In this document: one piece after another, positions 21,082 to 30,500 of the stretch
Layout of the letters: the number at the start of each line of letters is the position of its first letter
Position numbering within the stretch: position 1 is the first letter of the stretch
IMG/VR virus record: IMGVR_UViG_3300009173_000011
Coordinates: 2,494-66,493 of that record
Direction: 5' to 3' (one strand)
DNA from: a virus
Length of the DNA: 64,000 nucleotides
Position numbers and translations under genes: made by a program
The notes under the pieces: generated by a model
What the model was told of the DNA's origin: nothing
Databases searched by the model: none
The model's input: the letters and a program-made list of their open reading frames with translations, nothing else

Positions 21082-21088
21082 AAAATCT

Positions 21089-21096
21089 TAACTTTG
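21089..21096 (+). promoter_or_regulatory. -7 promoter element, likely leaderless
   Basis: TAACTTTG + 4 nt + ATG 21101. Confidence 0.6.
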
Positions 21097-21100
21097 TAAT

Positions 21101-21445
21101 ATGAGTAAAACTAGGACAAAACAAAAAAATGGGGGTAAAGGTGGCTTTAGGGAAACATTTGCAAGTGCCAGACAAGCAGGGAAAAAAAACTTTGCGTGGA
21201 GAGGTAAAAGATATACTACTGAAACTGCGGAAGAAAAAGGAAAAACAATGAAGCCTAGCAAATTAGTAGAAGCTGCTACTAAATCTGATGTTACATATGG
21301 CAAAAACCCCACTAAGTCTAATAAAGAAATAAAAGATTCTTATGAAAAATCTATGAAGAGTAGGTTCAATAAAGACTACGATTCTGTAAATAAATCCGTT
21401 TTGCTAGGATCAAAGGAGTTAGATAAAAAATATGGAAAAAAATAA
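21101..21445 (+). CDS. small Lys-rich protein
   Basis: F...FASARQAGKKNFAWRGKRYTT motif; highly basic. Confidence 0.65.
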   Translation: MSKTRTKQKNGGKGGFRETFASARQAGKKNFAWRGKRYTTETAEEKGKTMKPSKLVEAATKSDVTYGKNPTKSNKEIKDSYEKSMKSRFNKDYDSVNKSVLLGSKELDKKYGKK

Positions 21446-21448
21446 GCT

Positions 21449-22573
21449 ATGACTAAAATAAGCCAATATGCATCGATGATTACCCTTTCTCCGGATGACC
21501 TTATAGATGTGTCAGAATGGGATGCGATAGGGTCTGTATTTAACACCCGATCATTATCGTATACTAATTTACTAGCCAGTTTAACTAGCGACTTGCCATT
21601 AACTGATAATAGCATCTATGATACTGATGGAACGCTTACGGGACCAAGGGCCGTAAATGGAGGAGGGTTTAATCTAGAATTTTCGAATCTTCCCCTCTTT
21701 TCAATTGGAAGTGACCTAGCCGTGGACACGAACACTTTATATGTCCATAGTGGCACTAATAGAGTAGGAATAGGAACTGCTACTCCCGGATCTAATTTAG
21801 ATGTTCAACTCCCTGGAGCAGGGTCATTTATAGTAGATAGGATAGCATCCTTTACTCGAACATTGTTGACAGGCTCTGATGATAGGCTCATAGAACTCCA
21901 AGTCCAAGATACCACTTCCAAAACATTAAGCATTGGCATTCGAGGTACTAACGATGCCGTAGGAGGAGTTGCCTATGGCAATCTTGGTGACTCATTTATG
22001 TATAGTGGTGCTAGTGCTAATGCTTTAAATATCATCTCCCAAATTGGAGGCAGTACCGATAATATAGGCTTATATGCCGGAGGAGATGTGAGTAGCTTAC
22101 CTAATGCCGATCTTCATATACACGGAAATGGGGCAACACGAGGGTATGTAGGAGTTAACACCGATGCTCCCACGGAGCAACTAGAGGTAGCAGGGCAAGT
22201 AAAAATAACTGGAGGCGCACCCGGAACAGGCAAGGTTTTAACAAGCGATGCCGTAGGGGTGGGTAGTTGGGGAACGGCAGAATACGCACCTACTATTGCC
22301 GTACAAACGATTAGTGCAAGTGCATCTATAGGGATTAATACTTTATATTTAGTAGATACTTCAGGACAAACTTTCACCACTCCCACCGCTGATCTTTCTC
22401 TGACGGGGAAATCATTATGGGTAAAATTTATTGTAGCAGGAACGTGTAGTGTAGCACCGGGGGGAGGAGGGAACATAGATGGATTAGCCTCATACCCTAT
22501 AAACATTCAATATCAATGCTTTCAATTTATTTGTAGTGGAACGGCATGGTGGGTTGCCTCAAGTAATACATAA
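21449..22573 (+). CDS. tail fibre protein
   Basis: MTKISQY N-terminus; VDTNTLYV...NRVGIGTATP and YVGVNTDAPTEQLEVAG repeats; GKVLTSDA.G.GSW. Confidence 0.75.
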   Translation: MTKISQYASMITLSPDDLIDVSEWDAIGSVFNTRSLSYTNLLASLTSDLPLTDNSIYDTDGTLTGPRAVNGGGFNLEFSNLPLFSIGSDLAVDTNTLYVHSGTNRVGIGTATPGSNLDVQLPGAGSFIVDRIASFTRTLLTGSDDRLIELQVQDTTSKTLSIGIRGTNDAVGGVAYGNLGDSFMYSGASANALNIISQIGGSTDNIGLYAGGDVSSLPNADLHIHGNGATRGYVGVNTDAPTEQLEVAGQVKITGGAPGTGKVLTSDAVGVGSWGTAEYAPTIAVQTISASASIGINTLYLVDTSGQTFTTPTADLSLTGKSLWVKFIVAGTCSVAPGGGGNIDGLASYPINIQYQCFQFICSGTAWWVASSNT

Positions 22574-22576
22574 AAT

Positions 22577-23506
22577 ATGTTATACCTATCTGCTCAACCT
22601 GCGACTGATTATTATGCGTGGCAGGTAGAAGTATACCTCACCAACTTTATTAGTTGTGGTATCAATCCCTCTGATATTCTGGTGGTAGCAAGTTTTGAAG
22701 ATGCCATCCCCCAATCGTGGCTACGCCTACAATCTCATTACGGGGCGAAGTTTTATTTTTATAAAGATACTCGGCTTGAAAAACGATATATACCATCCAT
22801 TCAACCTCACATCCTTGCTAAACACTTTGAAATATTTCCTCATTTGGGTAAAGAAAATATTTTCTATCACGACTGCGATTTTATTTTTACTCGCCCTTTT
22901 GATTTTAGTCCTTTCCTTAATGATGATGTGTGGTATTTTTCTGATACCATATCTTATATTGGAGCATCATATATCAAAAGTAAAGGCGAAGATGTCTTCT
23001 TAAAGATGTGTGAGCTGGTGGATATCGACCCTAAAATAGTTGAAGATAACCAGATGAACTCTGGAGGAGCGCAGAAGTTGATAAAGAATGTCAACGCCAA
23101 ATACTGGCGTGATGTAGAGCGTGATGCCAACAACTTATATATGGGACTGGGAGATTTAAGGAATAAAAAAAAGGAGGATGACATATATGCCATTCAAATC
23201 TGGTGTGCCAGTATGTGGTCAGAACTATGGAATGCGTGGAAGAGGGGTGATCAAGTACGAGTCCCCAAGGAATTTGACTTTGCCTGGGCAACGTGTCCTA
23301 CCTCCAAATGGCAAAAAGTAAACTTTTACCACAATGCCGGAGTAGTTGGCCCCAACCATAGAATGTTTTATAAAGGTAAATATGTGGATAAGTTGCCCTA
23401 TAGCGACAATGTGGATATTGAGGAAAGTCGATGTTCAATATACTATTATGATTGGGTAAAGAAGACAGGTAATAAAACTTGTCTGGAAAAATCGTTAACT
23501 TTGTGA
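22577..23506 (+). CDS. GT-A fold glycosyltransferase (resembles HPAT/GT95 and peptidyl-Ser galactosyltransferase/GT96 families)
   Basis: YYAWQ, Y.PSIQP, FYHDCD (DxD), W.ASMW and FYHNAG motifs; family assignment from memory of motif order. Confidence 0.65.
   Translation: MLYLSAQPATDYYAWQVEVYLTNFISCGINPSDILVVASFEDAIPQSWLRLQSHYGAKFYFYKDTRLEKRYIPSIQPHILAKHFEIFPHLGKENIFYHDCDFIFTRPFDFSPFLNDDVWYFSDTISYIGASYIKSKGEDVFLKMCELVDIDPKIVEDNQMNSGGAQKLIKNVNAKYWRDVERDANNLYMGLGDLRNKKKEDDIYAIQIWCASMWSELWNAWKRGDQVRVPKEFDFAWATCPTSKWQKVNFYHNAGVVGPNHRMFYKGKYVDKLPYSDNVDIEESRCSIYYYDWVKKTGNKTCLEKSLTL
23496..23503 (+). promoter_or_regulatory. -7 promoter element, likely leaderless
   Basis: TAACTTTG + 4 nt + ATG 23508. 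Confidence 0.55.
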
Positions 23507-23507
23507 T

Positions 23508-23879
23508 ATGGCATTAAAATTTGGAAGAAAAAAATCTATGGGTCCAGGCGATCCAACTATTAAGGTAGGAACTAGTCTAAAAATAAGGGGTACAGTATCT
23601 TATGCTACAGGCAAGTTACCTCAAAGACCTAGCAGTCAGCCTCCCCGTGATTACACAAAACCTAAAAATTGGATGTTTAGCACAACGAAACCTAAAGCAA
23701 AAACTACCCTTAAAAAGGGGTTGGGTGCTGCCGTTGTAAGTGGTGCAACTATGGCGAGACCCCGTAAGCCTAAAAAACATATTAAATACAAAAAAGATGG
23801 CAAAGTGATAGGTACATCGAAGTATAAACAAGGAGAGGGGAAAGTTGGTGTAAGAGAAAGATTTAAAAGAGATAAATAA
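23508..23879 (+). CDS. small Lys/Arg-rich protein
   Basis: Highly basic, MGPGDP motif. Confidence 0.6.
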   Translation: MALKFGRKKSMGPGDPTIKVGTSLKIRGTVSYATGKLPQRPSSQPPRDYTKPKNWMFSTTKPKAKTTLKKGLGAAVVSGATMARPRKPKKHIKYKKDGKVIGTSKYKQGEGKVGVRERFKRDK

Positions 23880-23880
23880 T

Positions 23881-24660
23881 ATGGCACAATATACCCTAAC
23901 ATATTCTCCCCGAGCGAAAGGATGGACATCATTCTTCTCTTACTATCCAGACTGGATGGTAGGACTTAACACTTTCCTATACTCCTTTAAAGAGGGAGAT
24001 ATATATAAGCATAATGTTAATCCTATAAGAAATAACTTTTATGGAGTGCAGTACAACTCCACTATCCAGACTATCTTCAATGAAGCACCGATCCAAGCGA
24101 AGATGTTTAAAACCATTGAGATTGAGGGGAGTAGTCCTTGGGAGGCAGATATGCAGACAGATTTAGGAACCGGATACATTGACCCAGCATATTATAGTGA
24201 AAAAGAGGGGGCGTGGTATTCATATATCCGTAGATATGAAAACGAATTTAATGTAGACCTTATATCGGCACAAGGTATTGGTCCGGCACTAACGGTAAGT
24301 GTAGGCTTTCCCATGATCGTCACCTTTGCCGATCCTATTGATAGCATATTAAGTGATGGAGATATCTTATTTATTGGTAATAGCACTACTGCCGATCCTT
24401 TGATAGTAGGCATCATAAACTCTCATACCACTACTAGTGTGACGGTCAACGCATTAGCACCACCACCAGTAGGTCTTGTGGGTACGGTTCCTGTAGGAGC
24501 AGTTCCGGGACCACCCGACTTTATGATGTATATGAAAAATAGTCTTGCCGAATCTTATGGGATACGAGGATATTATTTAGACATCTTACTAACCAACACC
24601 CAGTCTACCCAAGTAGAAATGTTCGCTGTTAGTACCGATGTGTTTAAAAGTTATCCGTAA
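23881..24660 (+). CDS. C-terminal module of muzzle/stabilisation protein (separate gene)
   Basis: TLTYS....GWTSFFSYYPDWM..LN..LYSF..G.IYKHN, KMFKTIEIEG, EKEGAWYSYI, GIRGYY. Confidence 0.65.
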   Translation: MAQYTLTYSPRAKGWTSFFSYYPDWMVGLNTFLYSFKEGDIYKHNVNPIRNNFYGVQYNSTIQTIFNEAPIQAKMFKTIEIEGSSPWEADMQTDLGTGYIDPAYYSEKEGAWYSYIRRYENEFNVDLISAQGIGPALTVSVGFPMIVTFADPIDSILSDGDILFIGNSTTADPLIVGIINSHTTTSVTVNALAPPPVGLVGTVPVGAVPGPPDFMMYMKNSLAESYGIRGYYLDILLTNTQSTQVEMFAVSTDVFKSYP

Positions 24661-24678
24661 TTTTGTATCTTTGTTTTA

Positions 24679-25086
24679 ATGAAATTCAACGCACGACTCT
24701 TAGAAGATGGGGATTACGAAAACATTTTGTGCGATTGGTGGAAAGATTGGAAGTGGGATGCCCCATCAAAAGATTTTCTTCCTGAAGAGGGAAGAGGAGG
24801 CATGATGGTATCTAAAGATGGTGTAAACATCTGTGCAGGCTTTATGTATTTCACCAATTCTAATGTAGCGTGGTGCGAATGGGTTGTCTCTAATAAACAA
24901 TATAGAGATAAAGATAGAAAGGAGGCTATGTACTTCTTAATAAATATTATTGCAGAAATATGTAAGGGCAAAGGAGCAAAATATATTTTTACTAGCTTGA
25001 ACAATAAAGCTTTAATACAAAAATATGAAGACTGCAAGTATGTAGAAACAGATAAAAATTGTACACAAATGGTTAAATTCTTATGA
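24679..25086 (+). CDS. GNAT-fold acetyltransferase-like tail assembly protein
   Basis: ICAGFMY.TNSNVAWCEWVVSNKQYR; position before internal proteins; TATCTTTG at 24666-24673. Confidence 0.55.
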   Translation: MKFNARLLEDGDYENILCDWWKDWKWDAPSKDFLPEEGRGGMMVSKDGVNICAGFMYFTNSNVAWCEWVVSNKQYRDKDRKEAMYFLINIIAEICKGKGAKYIFTSLNNKALIQKYEDCKYVETDKNCTQMVKFL

Positions 25087-25087
25087 T

Positions 25088-25660
25088 ATGGCAGCAGTAA
25101 CATCAGTAGTAGTAGCCGCAGGAGGCTTGGCTTTAAGTGGGATGCAGTATGTAAAGCAAAGGCAAGATATGAACGATGCCGAGGAGGCAGCATCAACTGC
25201 GGCCCAAAATTTTTTAGCTACAAAAACCGAAAATAAGCTTAAAGGACTTCAAGTCCCCAAGTTGGGAACGGAACTCGCTCAACAAGGGAAAGATAGAATG
25301 GTTAAAGAATCTATGAATGTCTTGAAACAGCAAGGACCAGAGGGAGCATTCCAGGTTACCGATGTGGTAGATAGTTCTAACACTCAAGACCTAAAGATAG
25401 CCGCCAACATCCAAGATGAAGAATCGAAGATAAACAAACTCATCGCCAACCAAGATCAGGAGATAGAGACACAAAGAACTAAAGACATTAAAGACCTCGA
25501 AGCAGCACGACTAGAGGGGGCAGGATTGGCACGAAATCAAGCCCTAGAGGGTAGTCAACAAGCGGCCACGGATTTTGCAAGTGGAGTAGGGGGACTCGGA
25601 ACTTCACTCTATGCACAACAAGAGTTATATAATGACGATGGTTCTCAAATTATAGTATAA
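25088..25660 (+). CDS. internal virion (ejection) protein
   Basis: Hydrophobic Ala/Gly N-terminus, Gln/Ala-rich helices. Confidence 0.6.
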   Translation: MAAVTSVVVAAGGLALSGMQYVKQRQDMNDAEEAASTAAQNFLATKTENKLKGLQVPKLGTELAQQGKDRMVKESMNVLKQQGPEGAFQVTDVVDSSNTQDLKIAANIQDEESKINKLIANQDQEIETQRTKDIKDLEAARLEGAGLARNQALEGSQQAATDFASGVGGLGTSLYAQQELYNDDGSQIIV

Positions 25661-27553
25661 ATGGAATACGCAGGGTTTAAAGCATCAGATACTGGCCCCG
25701 TTAAATGGGGAGAGATAGCCACCAAGATAACGGGGGATCTAGCTAAAATTGATAAAGACCGTCAAACACAACGGGACAAAGTACAACAGTCCTTTACGAC
25801 TGCCTCAGATAAACTTGATGATATCCCTAAAGGGCAAAATAAGGGCTTTAACCAATTCGTAGTTGATGGAGCGAGTGGTCAGCGTGACTTTCAGCAGTCC
25901 CTAGCTAAAAGAGTCCAAGCAGGAGGATATTGGGAGGGGGGTCAAGGAACGACCAAGAAAGAACGAAAGAAGAGTGGTGGCAACTGGGTGAAACTTAATC
26001 CTAGTACTGCCACGCAGATGCTCCAAAATGGGTCGCAAGACTGGGCAGCCTTTGCAAGGGAGGCGAAAGACTATAACAAATCTTTTGGTGAAATGATGAA
26101 ACGCCAACAACCGGGAAAGGCAGGAGTGCCATCCCAAGCCGGAGCATATGAATTATTGCTGTGGGAGGAGAAAGTCGATCTCACCGATATGCGTAATAAA
26201 AAGATAATTAGTGACCCCAATACGGGAAGAATGTCTTTAGTGACCTATGATGATCAAGGAAGAGAACTATCTAAAAAATCCCTTAATAGCATCAATAACA
26301 ACGAGAATCAACTAGCCGATAGAGTGGATGTGGCAAAGATCATAAAAACGCAGTTTGGCAATGCCGGAGACTTTCAGATGTGGGATGGAGAGAAACTGGT
26401 AGCCTCCCAGACCCAACGTACCGATTATGGGAAACTAAAAACCGGGATAATGAATAGCGTACTGAGTAATGAGAGAAATATCTATAGTGTGTTAACAGAT
26501 AACAAAGATAGCAACTACACCGGATATCTAGGCGATGAGGGAGGTAAGGACTATACAAAGAAATTAGAGGGATTAGCCAAGAAACTTCAAGACCAAGTTG
26601 GCCCCGGCAATGCTCCCCTCACCGATGCTGAAGCCGAGGAGAAAGCTAAAAAACTAATGATAGAGACAGAGATAGATGAGATGGGAAATAGGCAACCTAA
26701 ATTTACGGCAGAGCAGAGAGAAGATGCCAAAGACTATGTCTCTGGTCTTATCGATGCCCAGGCAGGATATAAGGAAACTGCCCCTAAAGATAAAGCTACT
26801 GCGAGTGGTATTAAAGAGGCTAATCTTGACAAGTTGGCACTTTCTATAGCCGAAGATTCCAAAGCAGCAGTCAATAATTTTGATTTCAAGAACTTTAATC
26901 CTAAATATAAATATAGTGCTGGTAGTGGAACAGGTGAGATAAAGGTAATGGTGTGGGATGCCGGAGAAGATAAATGGCGTACGCAGACAACAATTAAAAA
27001 GGGTGACCATGAGGGCTTATCCAGATATCATAACGATTATGGTACTACTGGAATGACGGGACTACGATACAAAAATAAGATGGGTCAGACCACAGGGGCT
27101 ACATCTTATAAGCGACCTGTTAAGAAATTGAAATATAGTCCTGATGCCAAAAAATATATTGCTACTCTTCATACCACCGATGACAATGCCGACATTGGTC
27201 TAAAAATCACGGAGTTTATAAAAGAATCTGATCCCGGAGGCAATCCAGATGTCAAGGTAGCAAAAGCCACCAAAGGCGATTATGGAACCCTAGATGATTC
27301 GTATGATCGTGTAGTAACCGTGGGCAATCTTACTGCTGGAACACTAATAACGGACTATGGAAGTCCTAATAAATCCGAGGAGGCAGAAATATTAGCCCAT
27401 AATGAAAAGGTAATGAAGAAAGCTTTGAAACTGTATGAAGACTCGCAAGAGAAAGGGAAAAAAGCGGACGATAAAGCTAAAGCTAAAGCTATAGCTATAG
27501 CTAAAGCTAAAGCTAAATCCCCCAAATATGGTACTAAACCAATTAGCAGATAG
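25661..27553 (+). CDS. internal virion (ejection) protein
   Basis: 630 aa helical protein between small and giant internal proteins; (AK)n C-tail. Confidence 0.55.
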   Translation: MEYAGFKASDTGPVKWGEIATKITGDLAKIDKDRQTQRDKVQQSFTTASDKLDDIPKGQNKGFNQFVVDGASGQRDFQQSLAKRVQAGGYWEGGQGTTKKERKKSGGNWVKLNPSTATQMLQNGSQDWAAFAREAKDYNKSFGEMMKRQQPGKAGVPSQAGAYELLLWEEKVDLTDMRNKKIISDPNTGRMSLVTYDDQGRELSKKSLNSINNNENQLADRVDVAKIIKTQFGNAGDFQMWDGEKLVASQTQRTDYGKLKTGIMNSVLSNERNIYSVLTDNKDSNYTGYLGDEGGKDYTKKLEGLAKKLQDQVGPGNAPLTDAEAEEKAKKLMIETEIDEMGNRQPKFTAEQREDAKDYVSGLIDAQAGYKETAPKDKATASGIKEANLDKLALSIAEDSKAAVNNFDFKNFNPKYKYSAGSGTGEIKVMVWDAGEDKWRTQTTIKKGDHEGLSRYHNDYGTTGMTGLRYKNKMGQTTGATSYKRPVKKLKYSPDAKKYIATLHTTDDNADIGLKITEFIKESDPGGNPDVKVAKATKGDYGTLDDSYDRVVTVGNLTAGTLITDYGSPNKSEEAEILAHNEKVMKKALKLYEDSQEKGKKADDKAKAKAIAIAKAKAKSPKYGTKPISR

Positions 27554-27555
27554 AT

Positions 27556-30500
27556 ATGGAGGGACTAGAAACCATCTTACAAGAATATGTAGCTACGGCT
27601 AACAACCCAGAATATGATGGGGACTGGGAGATTATTAATTCCAAATTCCCCGAATTAAGTGAATACGATAGCCACGCCCTACAAGAATATGTGGCTACCG
27701 CCAACAACCCAGACTATAACGAAGATTGGGGCATCATAAATTCTAAATTTCCCGAGTTTTTTTTTACCCAAGAGGACGAGATACCAGAGCAAGAAACATC
27801 GGAGTCGGATTCAAACTTGGAAGATACTACTACTTCTGGGGATACAAGTGTTCAAGAGATGGACGAACAAGCGGATTCGGATTCTTTAGACACCGCAGTT
27901 GAACAAGAACAAGAACAAGAGCAACAACTCCAACAAGACCCTGAAGAAGATAAGAGTCTACACGAAGAATTTGACCCAGAGGAACAAGAACTTAAAGACA
28001 AATTTAGTCGTGCTGTAAGAACTCTACAAGAAGATTATAGCCTTAACCTACGTCACTCTGGAATAGAGGGATATGACGAAGACATGAAAGACTATATTGG
28101 TCTTCAAGGCGAAACGGAACAGATTCAAGGCACATCAACCGTGCCTGTAAAGGGATTAGTAGGAGCATACCTCATCGGTAAAGAGGAGGAAGAAGTGGTT
28201 CCTATCTTACAGGATATGTATGGAGGATGGGGATTTACCTTTGATGTGAGCGGAGCTGGAGATAATGTAACCGTAACCCATCCGGATTATAAAGGCGAAG
28301 AGCCATTTGAAGTTTCCCTCGACAACTGGACTGACTCTGGCGATAAAGCCGAAGCTAAGAAATTGGCAGAATTTCTAACAACACATGGCAAGAAAAAAGA
28401 AAAAGTAGATGCCGAGAGATTATATCAGGAGGCACGAAAGGACAAGGAAGAATTTAAGAGGCTCTATGATCAAGGTATCGTAGATGATGAGATAACCGAT
28501 ATCAATCAAACTATGGGTTATATTGTCAAGGAAAACAAATACCTTGGGGCGCAATATGCGGCCCACAAACAAAAGATTGCCGAGTTCCAAGTTCGATGGG
28601 ATGCCGCAGTTCAGGTGGGAAATATAACCGATGAACTCAAAGCCGAATACAATGAAATCGTTGCCGAGGAAGTAGCATTGAAAGATAGGCTAGAAGAATT
28701 TGAGAACGAAAGATTAGATTTCGAACGTAGAGGCAATAAGCTAAATCAAATAATGGGCGCTCATGCGGAGCATCTAGCCGACCAAGGCAATTTACTTGGC
28801 TTTTCATGGAATATGTTTATGAATGGAGTGGGACAGATAGCCTCTGGAGCCATAGATGTAGGCATCGATATTGGAGTAGAGGGATGGGCAAACAGCAAGG
28901 CTTTTGTGGATGCCGCCTCAATAGGGCTAACAGGCGATGCCCTAATTGGCACAAAGGAGTATGAGGGTAAGGAATACAAAGACAAATTGAAAAAAGACCT
29001 AAAGAAAATAGAAGTACAGGGGGAGGATGATTTAGATCGTTTAGCAGAAGTAAGAGGATTCTATACTAAATATCTGGGACATGATAAGACCACCGCACAA
29101 TATTCCCAGAAACAAATGGAAACATTTTTTGGAGGAGCATGGGGTGGATTACTGCAAAGTGTTCCGGCAATGATAGGAGCAGGAGTTCTATCATCGGCAA
29201 CAGGAGGAGCAAGTGTCGAGGCAGGAGCCGGGATTGTAGCCAGAATATGGGCTGGAGTGGGATCAGCAATCCCTGGTGCTACCATCTTTGGATTGCAAAG
29301 TGTGGATTTTGTTAATCAGGAAATGTCGAAACTTCCTTATTTTGATGATATCTCCGAGAACGAAAAGTGGCTCGTGAAAGGACCAATAGCCATAGCCGTA
29401 GGAATATTAGAGAATATAGGCTTTAGAAATGTCCTTAAAGGAAAGAGTGGAGTGGTTGGAGGCATAGTACAAAGAGTATTAAACCGAGCGCCAAGAGGAG
29501 CCACCTATGAGACTCTTGAAACTTTAACGCAACAACAAATAAAAAGAGATATCCGATCGGGACTACTTAAACGTACGGGAGGAGGTATTCTAGCCGCAGG
29601 GGCAGCAGAGGCAGAGACAGGAGGGTCGCAGCACCTAGCCGAAGTGGGGGTAAAAAACATATATAATCTTGCCAAAGAGAAAGAGATATTCCATGATGCC
29701 GAATTCTTTAGCACCAAAACTTTGATGCAATCAATTAGGGCAGCCGGGCAAGAGATGATAGGGGGACATATTATGCACGGAGTATTTGCCATCCCTAAAG
29801 GGGTAAAGGATTATAGCTATGGCAAGATGGCTACTAATGAGCAGTATGCCCTATTAGAGGCAATAAGTATGGACCCTATCGCCAGATCGCTAATGATAAG
29901 CGACCTAAAAAATAAAATCATTGGAGGGACAATAAAATATGGAGATGCCAAACAACGACTCGCATTATTCAATAAAGGACTCGCTACGGCAGTAGAAATT
30001 ATACAGACGGCTCCCGGTCTGAGTATGGAGGGAAAAAAGAAAGCCTTTGATCTTATTAATGAAAAGAAAACCCTACAAAATATTATCGCTCGTGCTGATG
30101 ACAAAAGCCTTGTTAAGAAAGAAATGGATAGAATCACGGAGATAAATAAAGACCTAGAAACACTTAGTTTAACTCAAACCGATAGCATTGATCTACAAAT
30201 CGCTAAACTCAAGGAACAACGTGCTAAGTTTTTCGAAGTAGACAATCTTCTTGGAGTAGGAATTGCTCGGACAAAAGAAGATACTCAAAAGATAGCCGAA
30301 ATAGATGCTAAAATTTCTTCACTTAATTCACAGAAAGATGCCGTTCAAAAGCAAAAAACAGGAGACTTGGCTACAGATCAACAAGCCGGAGATTTACAAA
30401 CGATGGAAGAGGGTGTACGGAAGCCTAAAGGGAAAGAAACCCGTCCGAAATCCAAGAAGTCAAAAGAGGCAGGGATATTAAGCCCCAATACTGAAGCCAT

